Shown here one piece after another: positions 1 to 10,119 of a stretch of 24,000 nt of DNA. The position numbers were made by a program, and so were the translations under genes. The notes beneath the pieces are model-generated. The model saw only the letters and a program-made list of their open reading frames with translations, ran no database searches and was not told the DNA's origin. The first letter of the stretch is position 1, and every line of letters begins with the position of its first letter. The DNA comes from an uncultured cyanobacterium (GTDB lineage Bacteria; Cyanobacteriota; Cyanobacteriia; Cyanobacteriales; Microcystaceae): NCBI GenBank assembly GCA_963807635.1, contig CAWEDJ010000075.1, forward strand, positions 99,294-123,293, in the 5' to 3' direction.

Positions 1-839
1 GCCGTGCCATGTCGTCCAAAACGGGTGGGAATCACACAATCAAAAAGATCAATCCCCGATGCGATCGCGATCGCCATTTCTCGATAGGTTCCCACTCCCA
101 TGAGATAGCGGGGTTTATGGGCGGGCAATAGGGGCGCGGTAGCACGGACAATTTCATGCACCAATTCGGGAGCTTCTCCCACACTTACTCCCCCGATCGC
201 ATAACCAGGCAAATCTAACTGAGTCAACTCCTCAACGGCTTGAAAGCGCAAATCCAGATAGGTTCCCCCCTGTACAATGCCAAATAATGCCTGAGTTTCT
301 TTTCTCTGATGGGCTTCAATACAGCGTTCTAACCATCGGTAGGTGCGTTCCGTTGCGGCTTGGACGTGTTCTCGACTGGCTTGGCCTGGGGGACATTCAT
401 CAAACGCCATGATCACATCGGCTCCCAGGGCATTTTGAATCTGGATCGACTTTTCGGGAGTAATCTCAATCATTCTTCCATCTTTGGGAGAACGAAAAAT
501 GACACCTTTTTCTGACAGCGATCGCAAGGCACTGAGACTAAATACCTGAAATCCGCCTGAATCAGTCAAGATTGGGCCAGACCAGCCCATAAAAGAATGC
601 AAGCCCCCCGCTTTTTCGATGATAGATTCCCCAGGCTGCAAATGAAGATGGTAAGTATTCGCTAAGACCATCTGCGCTCCCGTTGTGGTTAATTGGGCGG
701 GGGTGATGCCCTTAACCGTCGCCACTGTCCCCACTGGCATAAAACGCGGGGTTTCTACGATGCCGTGAGGGGTATGCCAGACTCCTGCCCTGGCGTGAGT
801 ATGGGAACATTTTGCGTGACACTGGTAAGAAAACTTCAC
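1..839 (-). CDS. tgt: queuine tRNA-ribosyltransferase (tRNA-guanine transglycosylase), N-terminal ~279 codons; the 3' end runs off the window
   Basis: Absent from the ORF track because it is open at the window edge. My reverse-strand translation from GTG (839-837) reads [118 protein letters not shown]. It is uninterrupted and carries typical Tgt motifs. Confidence 0.9.
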   Translation of the reverse strand, partial: MKFSYQCHAKCSHTHARAGVWHTPHGIVETPRFMPVGTVATVKGITPAQLTTTGAQMVLANTYHLHLQPGESIIEKAGGLHSFMGWSGPILTDSGGFQVFSLSALRSLSEKGVIFRSPKDGRMIEITPEKSIQIQNALGADVIMAFDECPPGQASREHVQAATERTYRWLERCIEAHQRKETQALFGIVQGGTYLDLRFQAVEELTQLDLPGYAIGGVSVGEAPELVHEIVRATAPLLPAHKPRYLMGVGTYREMAIAIASGIDLFDCVIPTRFGRHGT

Positions 840-1082
840 TCTGGGTTTGAATTTTGATAGATTACTTGCTATTGTCTCAAATTAACTGCCGAAAAACTCT
901 TTCCTGTATTTTCCAAATCAATTCATTCTCTGGCGATCGCAAATGGTCGATTCTTCGAGATAGATTTTATACTTTTAGTGGGATTGTGTCATAAAATGAA
1001 TTTACATGAATAGATAATGTATGTAATTCCTCATACAGAGTCTCTGTGTAAAGAAGCTTGAAAAAATCCTCTAAGGTATTTT

Positions 1083-1331
1083 ATGACAAGACTCAACACT
1101 CAGTTATCTTCATTCTTCGATGGAATGTCGAGAGTCCTGGATCTGGGAGCTACCCGTAGCCTGCATTCCTCAATCCGTCGAAAATATTTTTTATCCACCA
1201 AAAAATTGCATCACTCAGATCTTTTATTTTTGGATCGAGCGAATTTAGTTGACTCTTCCGCTCTTGCTTCTGATTGGAGGTCTGTGGGAAACGATCTTCA
1301 ATCTGCGATTTCTCAGTATGCAAAGAATTGA
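1083..1331 (+). CDS. hypothetical small protein (82 aa)
   Basis: ATG-initiated ORF, co-directional with the DUF2335 gene and 38 nt upstream of it. I recognise no family. The C-terminal ALASDWRSVGNDLQSAISQY looks like an amphipathic helix. The RBS is weak. Confidence 0.4.
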   Translation: MTRLNTQLSSFFDGMSRVLDLGATRSLHSSIRRKYFLSTKKLHHSDLLFLDRANLVDSSALASDWRSVGNDLQSAISQYAKN

Positions 1332-1369
1332 GAGATAGTCCCTTCGTTTTAATCTATTGAAATTCAAGA

Positions 1370-1927
1370 ATGTCTCAAGATATTTTTCCTCATCAAGATT
1401 CTGATACTTCAGCGATTGCTCCAGAAAATCAAGTAAATTCCGAGGAAAGACAATCATCGATATTGTCTAATAGTAACCCACCTGAAGAAAGCCAATTGCT
1501 GTTAGATGAGAAGAAAATAGAACGCATTGTTGTTTCAATAGCAGAGAGACGTTTAGATTATTTGGAGCATTCTTGCCCGCTTCCTCATCCAGAAATATTA
1601 GACGGATATGAGAAAGTTTTGCCTGGCAGTGCCGATAGAATTTTAAAAATGGCAGAAAAACAGCAAGATCATAGAACTTCTATCGAAAATAAACTGGTTA
1701 ATGCAGAAAATCAGAGCCGTTTACTTGGTTTAGGAGCTGGCTTTTTAATTGCGATGTTTGGTTTAGCTGGTTCAGTTTATTTAGGTAGTAATGGCAAAAC
1801 CTGGGCTTCTGGAATCCTTTCTGGTGGCACTTTGGCAGGACTAGTAACGGTTTTTGTTAAAGGAAGTAATAACAATAATCAAGAAAAAGAGAAAATAGTT
1901 CCGAACCAAAATGATGTTGAATCTTAG
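1370..1927 (+). CDS. DUF2335-like predicted membrane protein
   Basis: 185-aa ORF. The block PLPHPEILDGYEKVLPGSADRILKMAEKQQDHR is followed by two hydrophobic helices (LLGLGAGFLIAMFGLAGSVYLG and ILSGGTLAGLVTVFV). I associate this layout with Pfam DUF2335. Confidence 0.65.
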   Translation: MSQDIFPHQDSDTSAIAPENQVNSEERQSSILSNSNPPEESQLLLDEKKIERIVVSIAERRLDYLEHSCPLPHPEILDGYEKVLPGSADRILKMAEKQQDHRTSIENKLVNAENQSRLLGLGAGFLIAMFGLAGSVYLGSNGKTWASGILSGGTLAGLVTVFVKGSNNNNQEKEKIVPNQNDVES

Positions 1928-1935
1928 TCTTTCAT

Positions 1936-2886
1936 TTACGGTGCTTCAATGCCACTAACCTGCAAAAGTTCTGCTACTGTGGAGCAATGAGCAGATAAAC
2001 CCAGAGTTTTAGGACTAGTCGGTTGGGGATAGGTAAAATGTCGATAATCAACACAAAATCGATCCCAGTCTGCCATTTGAATCCGAAAAATTTTGATGAA
2101 AAAATTCGCTAAGGCGATCGAGAGGGGAATACCAAAGTAGATTTTTTTATTGAGATAACCCGCGATTTCGGCGATCGCCTGATTAACAGTTAAAGGCGCA
2201 TTCCCTAAAACAATCTCTCGACTATCACCGTCAACGGGAGGATGATCAACCAAATAACCGACGACCTGGGCAATATCTTGAGCATGGATAAAGTGAAAAC
2301 CGCCATCGGCCTTGAACCAACGGATAAGATTAATCCACTTTAAAATATCTTTCAATCCCCCCGACAAATGGGAGTAGGGTTTATTTTTGTCTCCCCCAAA
2401 TACCAAAGTCGGATAGACCGTTGTAATCTTAGACGCGATCGCCAAATCGGGTAGAGCCTGATGACAAAGATATTTCGTGCGGATATAGTCCGTGCCGATG
2501 GTTCCCGCTTCCTTCATCGCATTTCCTTGACGGTCTAGAATACTGGCGGTCGAGAAATAAATCACCTGTTGACACACCTCTGGATCTAATCGCTCCATCA
2601 GGCCCAAGGTTTTAACCACATTGATCTCGTAGGTTTCCGTGGGATCTCCCCAACTGGTTGCAATCAAAACCGCCGTATCAATGGTTTTTAATAAATCGCC
2701 ATATTTTTCAATTTCTCGCAAATCCCCCGTTAGCAAATGAACATTCGGACGAGATTCGACATTAAATTGTAATTTTGCAGGATTTCTGACTAATAAAAAA
2801 AGTTCATGCTCTGTCTTTTCAATTAATGTTTCCGCCACATAATGACCAATACAACCACTCACACCCGTTAAAAAAATTCGCTTCAT
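1936..2886 (-). CDS. NAD-dependent epimerase/dehydratase family protein (SDR superfamily)
   Basis: The ORF track starts at TTG 2898. The ATG at 2886 gives MKRIFLTGVSGCIGHYV, which places a Rossmann TGxxGxxG motif at the N-terminus. The gene follows the permease gene directly. Confidence 0.8.
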   Translation of the reverse strand: MKRIFLTGVSGCIGHYVAETLIEKTEHELFLLVRNPAKLQFNVESRPNVHLLTGDLREIEKYGDLLKTIDTAVLIATSWGDPTETYEINVVKTLGLMERLDPEVCQQVIYFSTASILDRQGNAMKEAGTIGTDYIRTKYLCHQALPDLAIASKITTVYPTLVFGGDKNKPYSHLSGGLKDILKWINLIRWFKADGGFHFIHAQDIAQVVGYLVDHPPVDGDSREIVLGNAPLTVNQAIAEIAGYLNKKIYFGIPLSIALANFFIKIFRIQMADWDRFCVDYRHFTYPQPTSPKTLGLSAHCSTVAELLQVSGIEAP

Positions 2887-2902
2887 AGATAAATTCAAAA
2901 AG

Positions 2903-3691
2903 TTAAGCTCCCATCCCTGAATAATATCTTAACCCTTTGTGCCATAGCCAACGATTGACACAGAAAAAGAAAATCATCCATCCTCCGATAATACAAAAAC
3001 TTTTCGTCAGATCTATCGGTAAACCCACAAAAATCGCCGCAGGAAAATAAACTCCATAGGGAAACGGTGTCCAAAGGGCAATCTCCTTAATCATCGGCGG
3101 AAAGGTGTCCAGGGGCGCAATCATCCCTGATAAAAAGATATAAAACAAAAACCATAATTCCTGAATCGCGCTGGCCCGTTCCGTCCAAAAGGCAAACATG
3201 GAAAAAGTATATTGAACCAGAAAATACAAACTAAAGGAGAGAATAATCGCTAAAATCCCTAAACAAAAAGTTGCCAAACTCGGTATCCAAAAGGCACGGG
3301 GATAGAGGGCAAAAAATAAGAAAGTTAATAAAATGGCGAGGGGAAATCGGGTGATTTTTTCGGAAATATGACGGGCAACATGGTGCCAAGCAGGATCGAG
3401 GGGTTGCAATAATTTAAAGGATAATTTTCCTTCAATTACTTCCCGTTCAAATTCCCAAATGACCCAAATATTAGTAAATTGTCTTACTTGAAAAACGGCA
3501 AAAAAGTAACGGGTAAATTGTAGGGAATCTAGGCTAAAGTTTCCGCTATTCGAGGCTTCTATCCAAACGCCCATTAAAATGATCGGTAAAGATCCTGATA
3601 GAACCCAAAAGAAAATCTCTGCTCGATATTCAACCATGTGAGCGTAATAAACCGAGAGCAGGGTTGTAATTTTTTTCAATAACCACTTCAT
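2903..3691 (-). CDS. ABC-2 family transporter permease (DUF990-like)
   Basis: 262-aa polytopic membrane protein. N-terminus YYAHMVEYRAEIFFWVLSGSLPIILMGVW, then KLSFKLLQPLDPAWHHVARHISEK and about six hydrophobic spans, resembling ABC-2 type permeases. No ATPase gene is adjacent. Confidence 0.7.
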   Translation of the reverse strand: MKWLLKKITTLLSVYYAHMVEYRAEIFFWVLSGSLPIILMGVWIEASNSGNFSLDSLQFTRYFFAVFQVRQFTNIWVIWEFEREVIEGKLSFKLLQPLDPAWHHVARHISEKITRFPLAILLTFLFFALYPRAFWIPSLATFCLGILAIILSFSLYFLVQYTFSMFAFWTERASAIQELWFLFYIFLSGMIAPLDTFPPMIKEIALWTPFPYGVYFPAAIFVGLPIDLTKSFCIIGGWMIFFFCVNRWLWHKGLRYYSGMGA

Positions 3692-3711
3692 AAATTGTGT
3701 GTAAATCTTGA

Positions 3712-4335
3712 TTATAAATGATGAAAAATAAGAGAAAGATTATTAGCGGGCATGGGAATGATTTTATGCAAATTTAATTGATATTTTTCAGCCAATTCTA
3801 CTACGTCTTCTAAGTTTCTTACTCCCCAGTCGGGATTTCTGAATTGCAATGATTGATCAAAGGCTTCATTGCTGGGAGCAGTATGTTTTCCTTCTCGTTT
3901 ATAGGGGCCATAGAGATATAAAATTCCCCCTGAGTGCAAAATTTTTCCCACACCTTTCATTAATCCTTGGCAAGCTGACCAGGGTGAGATGTGAATCAGA
4001 TTAATTGCAATAATTACCGCGATCGCCGAATGATCTATTTTTTCATCCCAATCAGACAAAGTAACATTAATATCTAAAGGAATTTGTAGATTATCACTCT
4101 TACAATCCTGTCGCCAAGCCTCAATACTCAACCGTAACAAGGGATCGGGATCAGAGGGAATCCATTGCCGATTGGGAAAATAAGGCGCAAAAAAACAAGC
4201 GTGTTCCCCCGTACCACTAGCAATCTCTAAAATATTTCCTTCTTTGGGAATGACTTTCTGTAAGACTTCCAGTATTGGTTGACGATTTCGTTCCGTTGCA
4301 GGGGCGTATTGCTTGCTGGTTCTGGGGTTATTCAT
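3712..4335 (-). CDS. DUF938 family class I SAM-dependent methyltransferase
   Basis: APATERNRQPILEVL..ILEIASGTGEHACFFAPYFP..WIPSD..INLIHISPW..LYLYGPY..HTAPSNEAFDQSLQFRNPDWGVRNLEDV..MPANNLSLIF matches the DUF938 signature along its whole length. Confidence 0.85.
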   Translation of the reverse strand: MNNPRTSKQYAPATERNRQPILEVLQKVIPKEGNILEIASGTGEHACFFAPYFPNRQWIPSDPDPLLRLSIEAWRQDCKSDNLQIPLDINVTLSDWDEKIDHSAIAVIIAINLIHISPWSACQGLMKGVGKILHSGGILYLYGPYKREGKHTAPSNEAFDQSLQFRNPDWGVRNLEDVVELAEKYQLNLHKIIPMPANNLSLIFHHL

Positions 4336-4545
4336 GCTGATTGACGAATTTTCCTGATCTTAACCCAAGGGACAAGCTTAATTGGAGGGAATTTTTTATC
4401 GTGTTTTTCTGGAGACTGACCTAACTCTCTAACCATAATTTTTTTTGTTAATGTAAAAAAGTCTTTCTAACTTCAAGTTGTAAACTGACGTTACTGCAAG
4501 TAGCAATGTCCTCTCTACCTCAATTTTCCCTTCAAAATTATTCCT

Positions 4546-5970
4546 ATGAATAGCAAAATTGTCGGTTCTGTCCGATCGCAATTGGGATTTTTTGGCATCT
4601 TGGGTCTGCTTTTGACGGGTTGCCAGGGTCTGGGAGATGAAAATGCGAAGGCTCAACCCCAGCCTGGTTCTGAAAAATCCCGAAACCGTCCTATTTCCGT
4701 TGAAGCGGCGATCGCCCGTCCCCAAAAGTTCCTCACCGATCTGGAATATACAGGAACAACAGCCCCCATTCGAGAGGTTTCCCTGCGATCGCAAGTTGAG
4801 GGACAACTGCAAGAACTGAAAGTAGATGTGGGTGATGCGGTGCAAACAGGACAAATTTTAGCTCGTATCAATGATGATTTACTTGTAGGGGCAGTGAACC
4901 AGGCCAAAGCAGAAAAAACGGCCCAGCGATTGGGAGTGCTGACCGCCAAGAGTCAGGTGGGGGATGCTCTGACGAAAGTGGAACAAGCTCGACTGCAACT
5001 CCAACAAGCTGAGGCAGATATTCTGAGATTGCAAACTGCCCTCAATGCCCGAACCGAGCAAGCCCGTCTAGAGGTTCAGCAAACCAAAGCCGATGCCCTG
5101 AGATTAAAACAATTGGCCGAGCAAGGCGTGACTCCTGAACAGCAGGCTGAACAGGCCCAGACTCGGTTTCAACAGGCTCAGGAAATTTTACGCAACCAAA
5201 AGTCTAGTGCCGAACAACAACTCAGTCAGGCCAAGACAACAGCCAAAACCGCCGCGAAAATTCTCCGTTCCGCCGAAGCCCAAGTGGAAATTGAACAACA
5301 AAAAGTGTCTGCCGCCGAAGCCCAGGTGACTGCCCAAAAGGCCTTTATCAATCAAGCGAAAACTCGCCAATCCTACGCCGTAGTGCGATCGCCCTTTGCA
5401 GGAAAAGTGTTGCAAAAATCCAGTGAACCAGGCAACCTAGTCCAACCAGGGACAGAAATCCTCAAATTAGGAGACTTTAGCCGTCTCAAAATTAATGTTC
5501 AAGTTTCAGAACTGCAACTCAGTCGCCTTAAATTACAACAAACCGTTCCCATTACACTTGATGCCTTTTCTGATCAGGAATTCACAGGCATTATCACCCG
5601 CATTTCTCCCGCCGCCGATCCCAGTTCTCGCCTCGTTCCCATCGAAATCACCCTCCCTAATCCAGGCGCGAAAATCGGCAGTGGACTCCTCGCTAGGGTT
5701 AATTTTTCTCAAAATAGGGCGAATAATATTGTTGTGCCTGAATCTGCTCTGGGCAAAGATTCCTCGGTGTTTATTGTGAAAAAATCGGGAGAAAAAACAA
5801 CCGTAGAGGCTCGTCCCGTCAGCATCGGCAAAAAAGCTAACGGAAAGGTAGAAATTCTCTCTGGATTATCCCAGGGCGAAAGCTATGTCGTTCGTAGCAG
5901 TCAATCTTTGCAAGATAATAGTCCCGTCAATCTCAGCGTTCTCTCGGAAACCGAAAAAACTATCCAATAA
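4546..5970 (+). CDS. efflux RND transporter periplasmic adaptor subunit (HlyD/MFP family), lipoprotein
   Basis: Signal peptide with lipobox LLLTGC. Long Q/A/E-rich coiled-coil hairpin. Lipoyl-like and beta-barrel segments (VRSPFAGKVL, GTEILKLGD). The stop lies 4 nt before the RND pump start. Confidence 0.9.
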   Translation: MNSKIVGSVRSQLGFFGILGLLLTGCQGLGDENAKAQPQPGSEKSRNRPISVEAAIARPQKFLTDLEYTGTTAPIREVSLRSQVEGQLQELKVDVGDAVQTGQILARINDDLLVGAVNQAKAEKTAQRLGVLTAKSQVGDALTKVEQARLQLQQAEADILRLQTALNARTEQARLEVQQTKADALRLKQLAEQGVTPEQQAEQAQTRFQQAQEILRNQKSSAEQQLSQAKTTAKTAAKILRSAEAQVEIEQQKVSAAEAQVTAQKAFINQAKTRQSYAVVRSPFAGKVLQKSSEPGNLVQPGTEILKLGDFSRLKINVQVSELQLSRLKLQQTVPITLDAFSDQEFTGIITRISPAADPSSRLVPIEITLPNPGAKIGSGLLARVNFSQNRANNIVVPESALGKDSSVFIVKKSGEKTTVEARPVSIGKKANGKVEILSGLSQGESYVVRSSQSLQDNSPVNLSVLSETEKTIQ

Positions 5971-5974
5971 GATT

Positions 5975-8900
5975 ATGTCTAGCCCCAATTCCTCCTCTGT
6001 GTTTAGTTTTAGTGGTGTGGCCATTCGTCGGCACATCGCCACCTTGATGCTCACCCTGGCGATTATTGTGGTGGGGGTTTTCTTCGTGTTTAGTTTGCCC
6101 GTTGATTTGCTTCCTTCGATTACCTATCCCCGCATCGGTGTTAGAATTGACGCGCCAGGGATTGCTCCAGAAGTGGCAGTGGATGAAATTACCCAACCCC
6201 TAGAAGAGGCTTTATCGGCGACCGATGGCGTGGTTCAGGTTTATTCCCAGACGAGGGAAGGACAAATTAGCCTAGACCTCTTTTTTCGACCTGGGGGAGA
6301 TATTGATCAGGCTCTTAATGATGCAACGGCAACCTTTAATCGAGCAAGAAATCAACTGCCCGATACCATTGAAACGCCCCGTATCTTTAAGTTTGATCCT
6401 TCCCAATTACCCGTTTATGAGTTTGCCCTAACCTCTCCTTCCTTGTCTGGTTTGAATTTACGTTTGTTTGCTGAAGAAGAATTGGCGAGGGAATTAGGGG
6501 TCGTGCCAGGCGTGGCGGCGGTGAATGTTTCAGGAGCGGCAGAGGAAGAAATACGCATTAATGTTGACCTAAAACGCTTACAGGCCCTAGATATTGGCTT
6601 GATCGATCTGTTAGATGGGTTGCGATCGCGGAATTTAGATATTGCGGGGGGAAGAATCATTGGCACGACTAGCGAACCCCTGACTCGTACCGTTGGCCGA
6701 TTTCAAACGATTCGTGAAATTGAAGATTTACCCATCAGCAAATCCAATGCAAATGCTGAAAACCCTGCCCCCCAGATTTATTTACGGGATGTGGCGGAAG
6801 TCATCGATGGCACCGAAGATCAGCGAGTTTTTGTCACCTTGAATGGGGAAAATGCCGTTAAGGTCAGCATTCAAAAGCAACCTGATGCCAACACCATTGA
6901 AGTGGTCGATGGGGTTAAAAAACGTCTTGAACAGTTGCGCCAAGCCCGTAGTATTCCCCAAGACGCTATTTTAACGGCGACCCTAGATGACTCGGTCTTT
7001 ATTCGTAATTCCATTAGTAATGTAGTTTTTTCGGGACTGGTCGGCACTTTATTGGCCGCGATCGCCGTTTTACTCTTTTTAGGTTCTCTGCGTCAAACCC
7101 TGATTATTGTTCTGTCTATCCCCCTGGCGACCCTGACCGCGATTATTTTGATGAAACTATTTGGATTATCCCTCAATGTTTTCAGTTTAGGCGGCTTGGC
7201 CCTGGGGGTAGGGATTGTCGTGGATAACTCGATCGTTATGTTAGAAACCATTGCAGAGGCGGCGGGCATGACCCCTGGCCACCCACAAAAAGTTCCCCTC
7301 AGTAAAAGAGAATTGCGTAATCAGGCGATCGCCAGTAGTCAGGAAGTAGAATCAGCCCTCATTGTGTCTACCAGTACCAATTTAGTAGCAGTGTTACCCT
7401 TTTTGATGATTGGCGGATTTATTTCCCTCATTTTCAATGAACTGATCCTGACCATTAGTTTTGCCGTCGCCGCATCTATTCTCGTCGCTCTTAGCGTGGT
7501 TCCCATGTTGGCTTCCCGTTGGTTGAGTCTGCCCCAACAGAGCGGTATTGGGCGTTGGTCTTTTTTTCGAGGATTTAATCATTATTTTGAACAAACGATC
7601 CAGCGTTATCAGGCTTTTCTGAGTCAATTACTCAAACATAAAATCATTGTCATTGTCGCCACATTTTTAGTTTTAGGAGGCAGTAGCCTGTGGATGGTCG
7701 ATAAAATTCCCCAGGAAATCTTACCCCGCATTAATACAGGACAAGCCGTTTTATTTGCCCAATTTCCCCCAGGAACTCCCCTCGAACAGAATCAACGTTT
7801 GATGAAAATGGTTGATGACATTTTAATTAATCAACCCGAAACCGAATACACTTTTACCACCACAGGCGGGTTTCTGTTTGGCGGGAATACAAATGCCAAT
7901 CCCCTGAGAAGTTCTAGCACCATTACCCTCAAGCCCAATACCAATGTAGATTCCTTCACCGAAAGAGTCACTCAACAATTAGATAAACTCAATCTGGTGG
8001 ATATTCGGTTACGTCTAGTGCCTGGGAGCGTGCGGGGATTGATTCTCAATAATTCTCCTCTCCGTAATGCCGATATCGACCTGATGTTAGAGGGCAATAA
8101 TCCCGCTACCCTCGCCCAAGCAGGTAAGCAAGTATTGGAAGTTTTGAGAGAAAAAGTCCAACTGTCCCGTTTTCGTCCCGATGCCAATCCCAGACAGCCC
8201 GAAGTGCAAATTCATCCCAATTGGGAAAGAGTTGCTCAGGTTGGACTCACTGCCCAAGAAATCGGAGATACCATTCAAACGGCCCTAGAAGGATCTATTC
8301 CTACTCAACTCCAACGAAAGAATCGCTTAGTTGATATCCGAGTCAAGCTCAATGACAATCTGCTCCAAGACTCTTCTCAACTGCAACAATTACCCCTATT
8401 TGTGAGTAATAATCAGCAAATTCGCCTTAGTGATGTGGCCCAAATTATTGAAGGCGAGGCTCCCAGCGAAATCCAACGGATTAATCAACGTCCTGTCTTT
8501 TTGATCGCAGGCAGTTTAGCGGAAGGTAGTCGTTTGGGCCAAGCTCTGGAAGAAGTCAAAACGGTGATGGCGGACATTCCCCTACCCGATGGGGTGACTA
8601 TCTTACCCAGTACGGCTTCGGAGAGTAATCGTCAATTACAGCAATCTTTATTGATTCTGGGGAGTTTGGCGGCCTTTTTGGTCTTTGTTGTGATGGCAGT
8701 TCAATATAATTCCCTGCTCGATCCCCTGGTGATTATGTTTACCCTTCCCTTAGCTCTGGCGGGGGGAATTTTGGGATTATATGTCACTCAAACGGCGATC
8801 GGGGCGACGGTGATTGTCGGGACAGTGTTATTAGTCGGAATTGTGGTGAATAATGCCATTATTATGGTGGAATTGGCGAATCAAATTTGGGAGAGGGAAG

Positions 8901-9228
8901 GTATTACTCGTCAAGCGGCTATTTTAAGGGCGGCTCCCCAACGTCTGCGACCGATTTTAATGACGACGATTACGACGGTTTTAGGGATGTTTCCCCTTGC
9001 GTTGGGGATTGGCCAGGGTCTGAGTTATTGCAACCATTGGGAATCGTGGTTTTTTCTGGGTTATCTTTGGCAACGTTGTTAACGCTTTTTTTGATTCCCT
9101 GTCTTTATGTTTTGTTGCATGACTTTCAGGGGATCAATTTAGCTAAATTCAGAGGGAAAAAGGTCGAGAAGAAACCCCTTCTTTCCGAGTCAGATGCTCT
9201 TTATCAACGCGATCGCATTCATCGCTAA
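5975..9228 (+). CDS. RND efflux pump inner-membrane permease (AcrB/AcrD/AcrF family); frameshifted as sequenced, with one base missing at the GGG run 9016-9018
   Basis: Likely start is ATG 5975 (MSSPNSSSVFSFSGVAIRRHIATLMLTL), just after the adaptor stop. The track ORF from 5885 overlaps the adaptor. The body is typical of AcrB. After ..GMFPLALGIGQG the frame leaves the conserved sequence. Frame 8887..9228 continues SELLQPLGIVVFSGLSLATLLTLFLIPCLYVLL, the conserved last TM helix. Confidence 0.9.
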
Positions 9229-9380
9229 TAACCGTTAGGAATTAATCTAATAGTATGAAAATCACTTGATTGAGTCTAGGCGATGCGATCGCTTACAATC
9301 TTGAAAGTGCTAAAATTTAAATCAAATAGTTTGTGCGTGCCAAAAAAGTAATGCTTATGTAAAATAATACAAAAAGAGAA

Positions 9381-10106
9381 CTACGAAGGAACAAACTTTG
9401 CTAATCCTAAATAACGAATTCCTTCAGGACTGACTGCAAAACGACAGGGTAAGACCATTAAACCTTTTTTAACGCCTGCTGTTAATAACTTGCCGTAGGT
9501 CGGATCAAATTCATTTCCAGCATTAAATTCGCTACAATCGTCCCGATTAATGAAATAAAGCATCACTGATTTAGCATCAGGCAAAAGATCGGTTAATTCC
9601 TGCAAATGTTTTTGTCCTCTCGTTGTTACCGTATCGGGAAATAGGGCTAAATTTCCCTGGGAAAGGGTCGTATTTTTAACTTCTAGATAAATCGGCGGAT
9701 GCTCAGTAGAAGTCAAAAGAAAATCAACGCGACTTTTTTTATCTTTACCGTAGGGAACTTCTGATTTAACTTCTTCATATAAATCGGCTAATTCAGGAAA
9801 GATTTTTTGAGTTAAAGCTGACTTAATCACTTGATTCGGTAATGCGGTATTCACTCCAACCCAAGTATTATCAATTTGAATCATTTCCCAGGTATAGACT
9901 AATTTTCGTTTAGGATTATTACTCTGAGAAAGATATACAGGATTGCCAATTTGACAAACCCCTGTCATCGGGCCAGTATTGGGACAATGGGCGACCACAA
10001 TTTCTCCCGATGCTAATTCAATATCTGCAAAAAAACGTTTGTAGCGTTTCCGTAAAATTCCTGAAATAAGGGTCGGGTAGGGATAGAAAAAATCAGGAGT
10101 CATCAC
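9381..10106 (-). CDS. sfsA: sugar fermentation stimulation protein SfsA (DNA/RNA nuclease fold)
   Basis: GILRKRYKRFFADIELASGEIVVAHCPNTGPMTG..RVDFLL..YLEVKNTTL..ALFPDTVTTRGQKHLQEL is the canonical SfsA pattern. Confidence 0.9.
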   Translation of the reverse strand: MMTPDFFYPYPTLISGILRKRYKRFFADIELASGEIVVAHCPNTGPMTGVCQIGNPVYLSQSNNPKRKLVYTWEMIQIDNTWVGVNTALPNQVIKSALTQKIFPELADLYEEVKSEVPYGKDKKSRVDFLLTSTEHPPIYLEVKNTTLSQGNLALFPDTVTTRGQKHLQELTDLLPDAKSVMLYFINRDDCSEFNAGNEFDPTYGKLLTAGVKKGLMVLPCRFAVSPEGIRYLGLAKFVPS

Positions 10107-10119
10107 AGATAAAATTGAT

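Noticed and set aside
856-865. GATAGATTAC upstream of the 1083 cassette, identical to the first 10 nt of the small-protein upstream box
   Set aside because: Similarity stops after 10 nt (ttgctattgtc against cctataaaata). A single extra 10-mer match is only marginally unexpected, at about 0.05 expected. That is too weak to link the two loci.
4429-5415. Track ORFs on the opposite strand or in alternative frames of the adaptor gene (4429..4854, 4637..4819, 4653..4949, 4879..5061, 5188..5415)
   Set aside because: They lie entirely within a well-supported CDS, have low-complexity or biased composition, and have no start context. They are shadow ORFs.
5495-8278. Short track ORFs inside, or antisense to, the adaptor 3' end and the RND pump gene (5495..5779, 5866..6054, 5960..6196, 6415..6666, 7394..7627, 7972..8187, 8087..8278)
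   Set aside because: They are shadow ORFs within strongly supported genes. The 5885 start of the long ORF is also rejected in favour of ATG 5975, because it overlaps the adaptor coding sequence.
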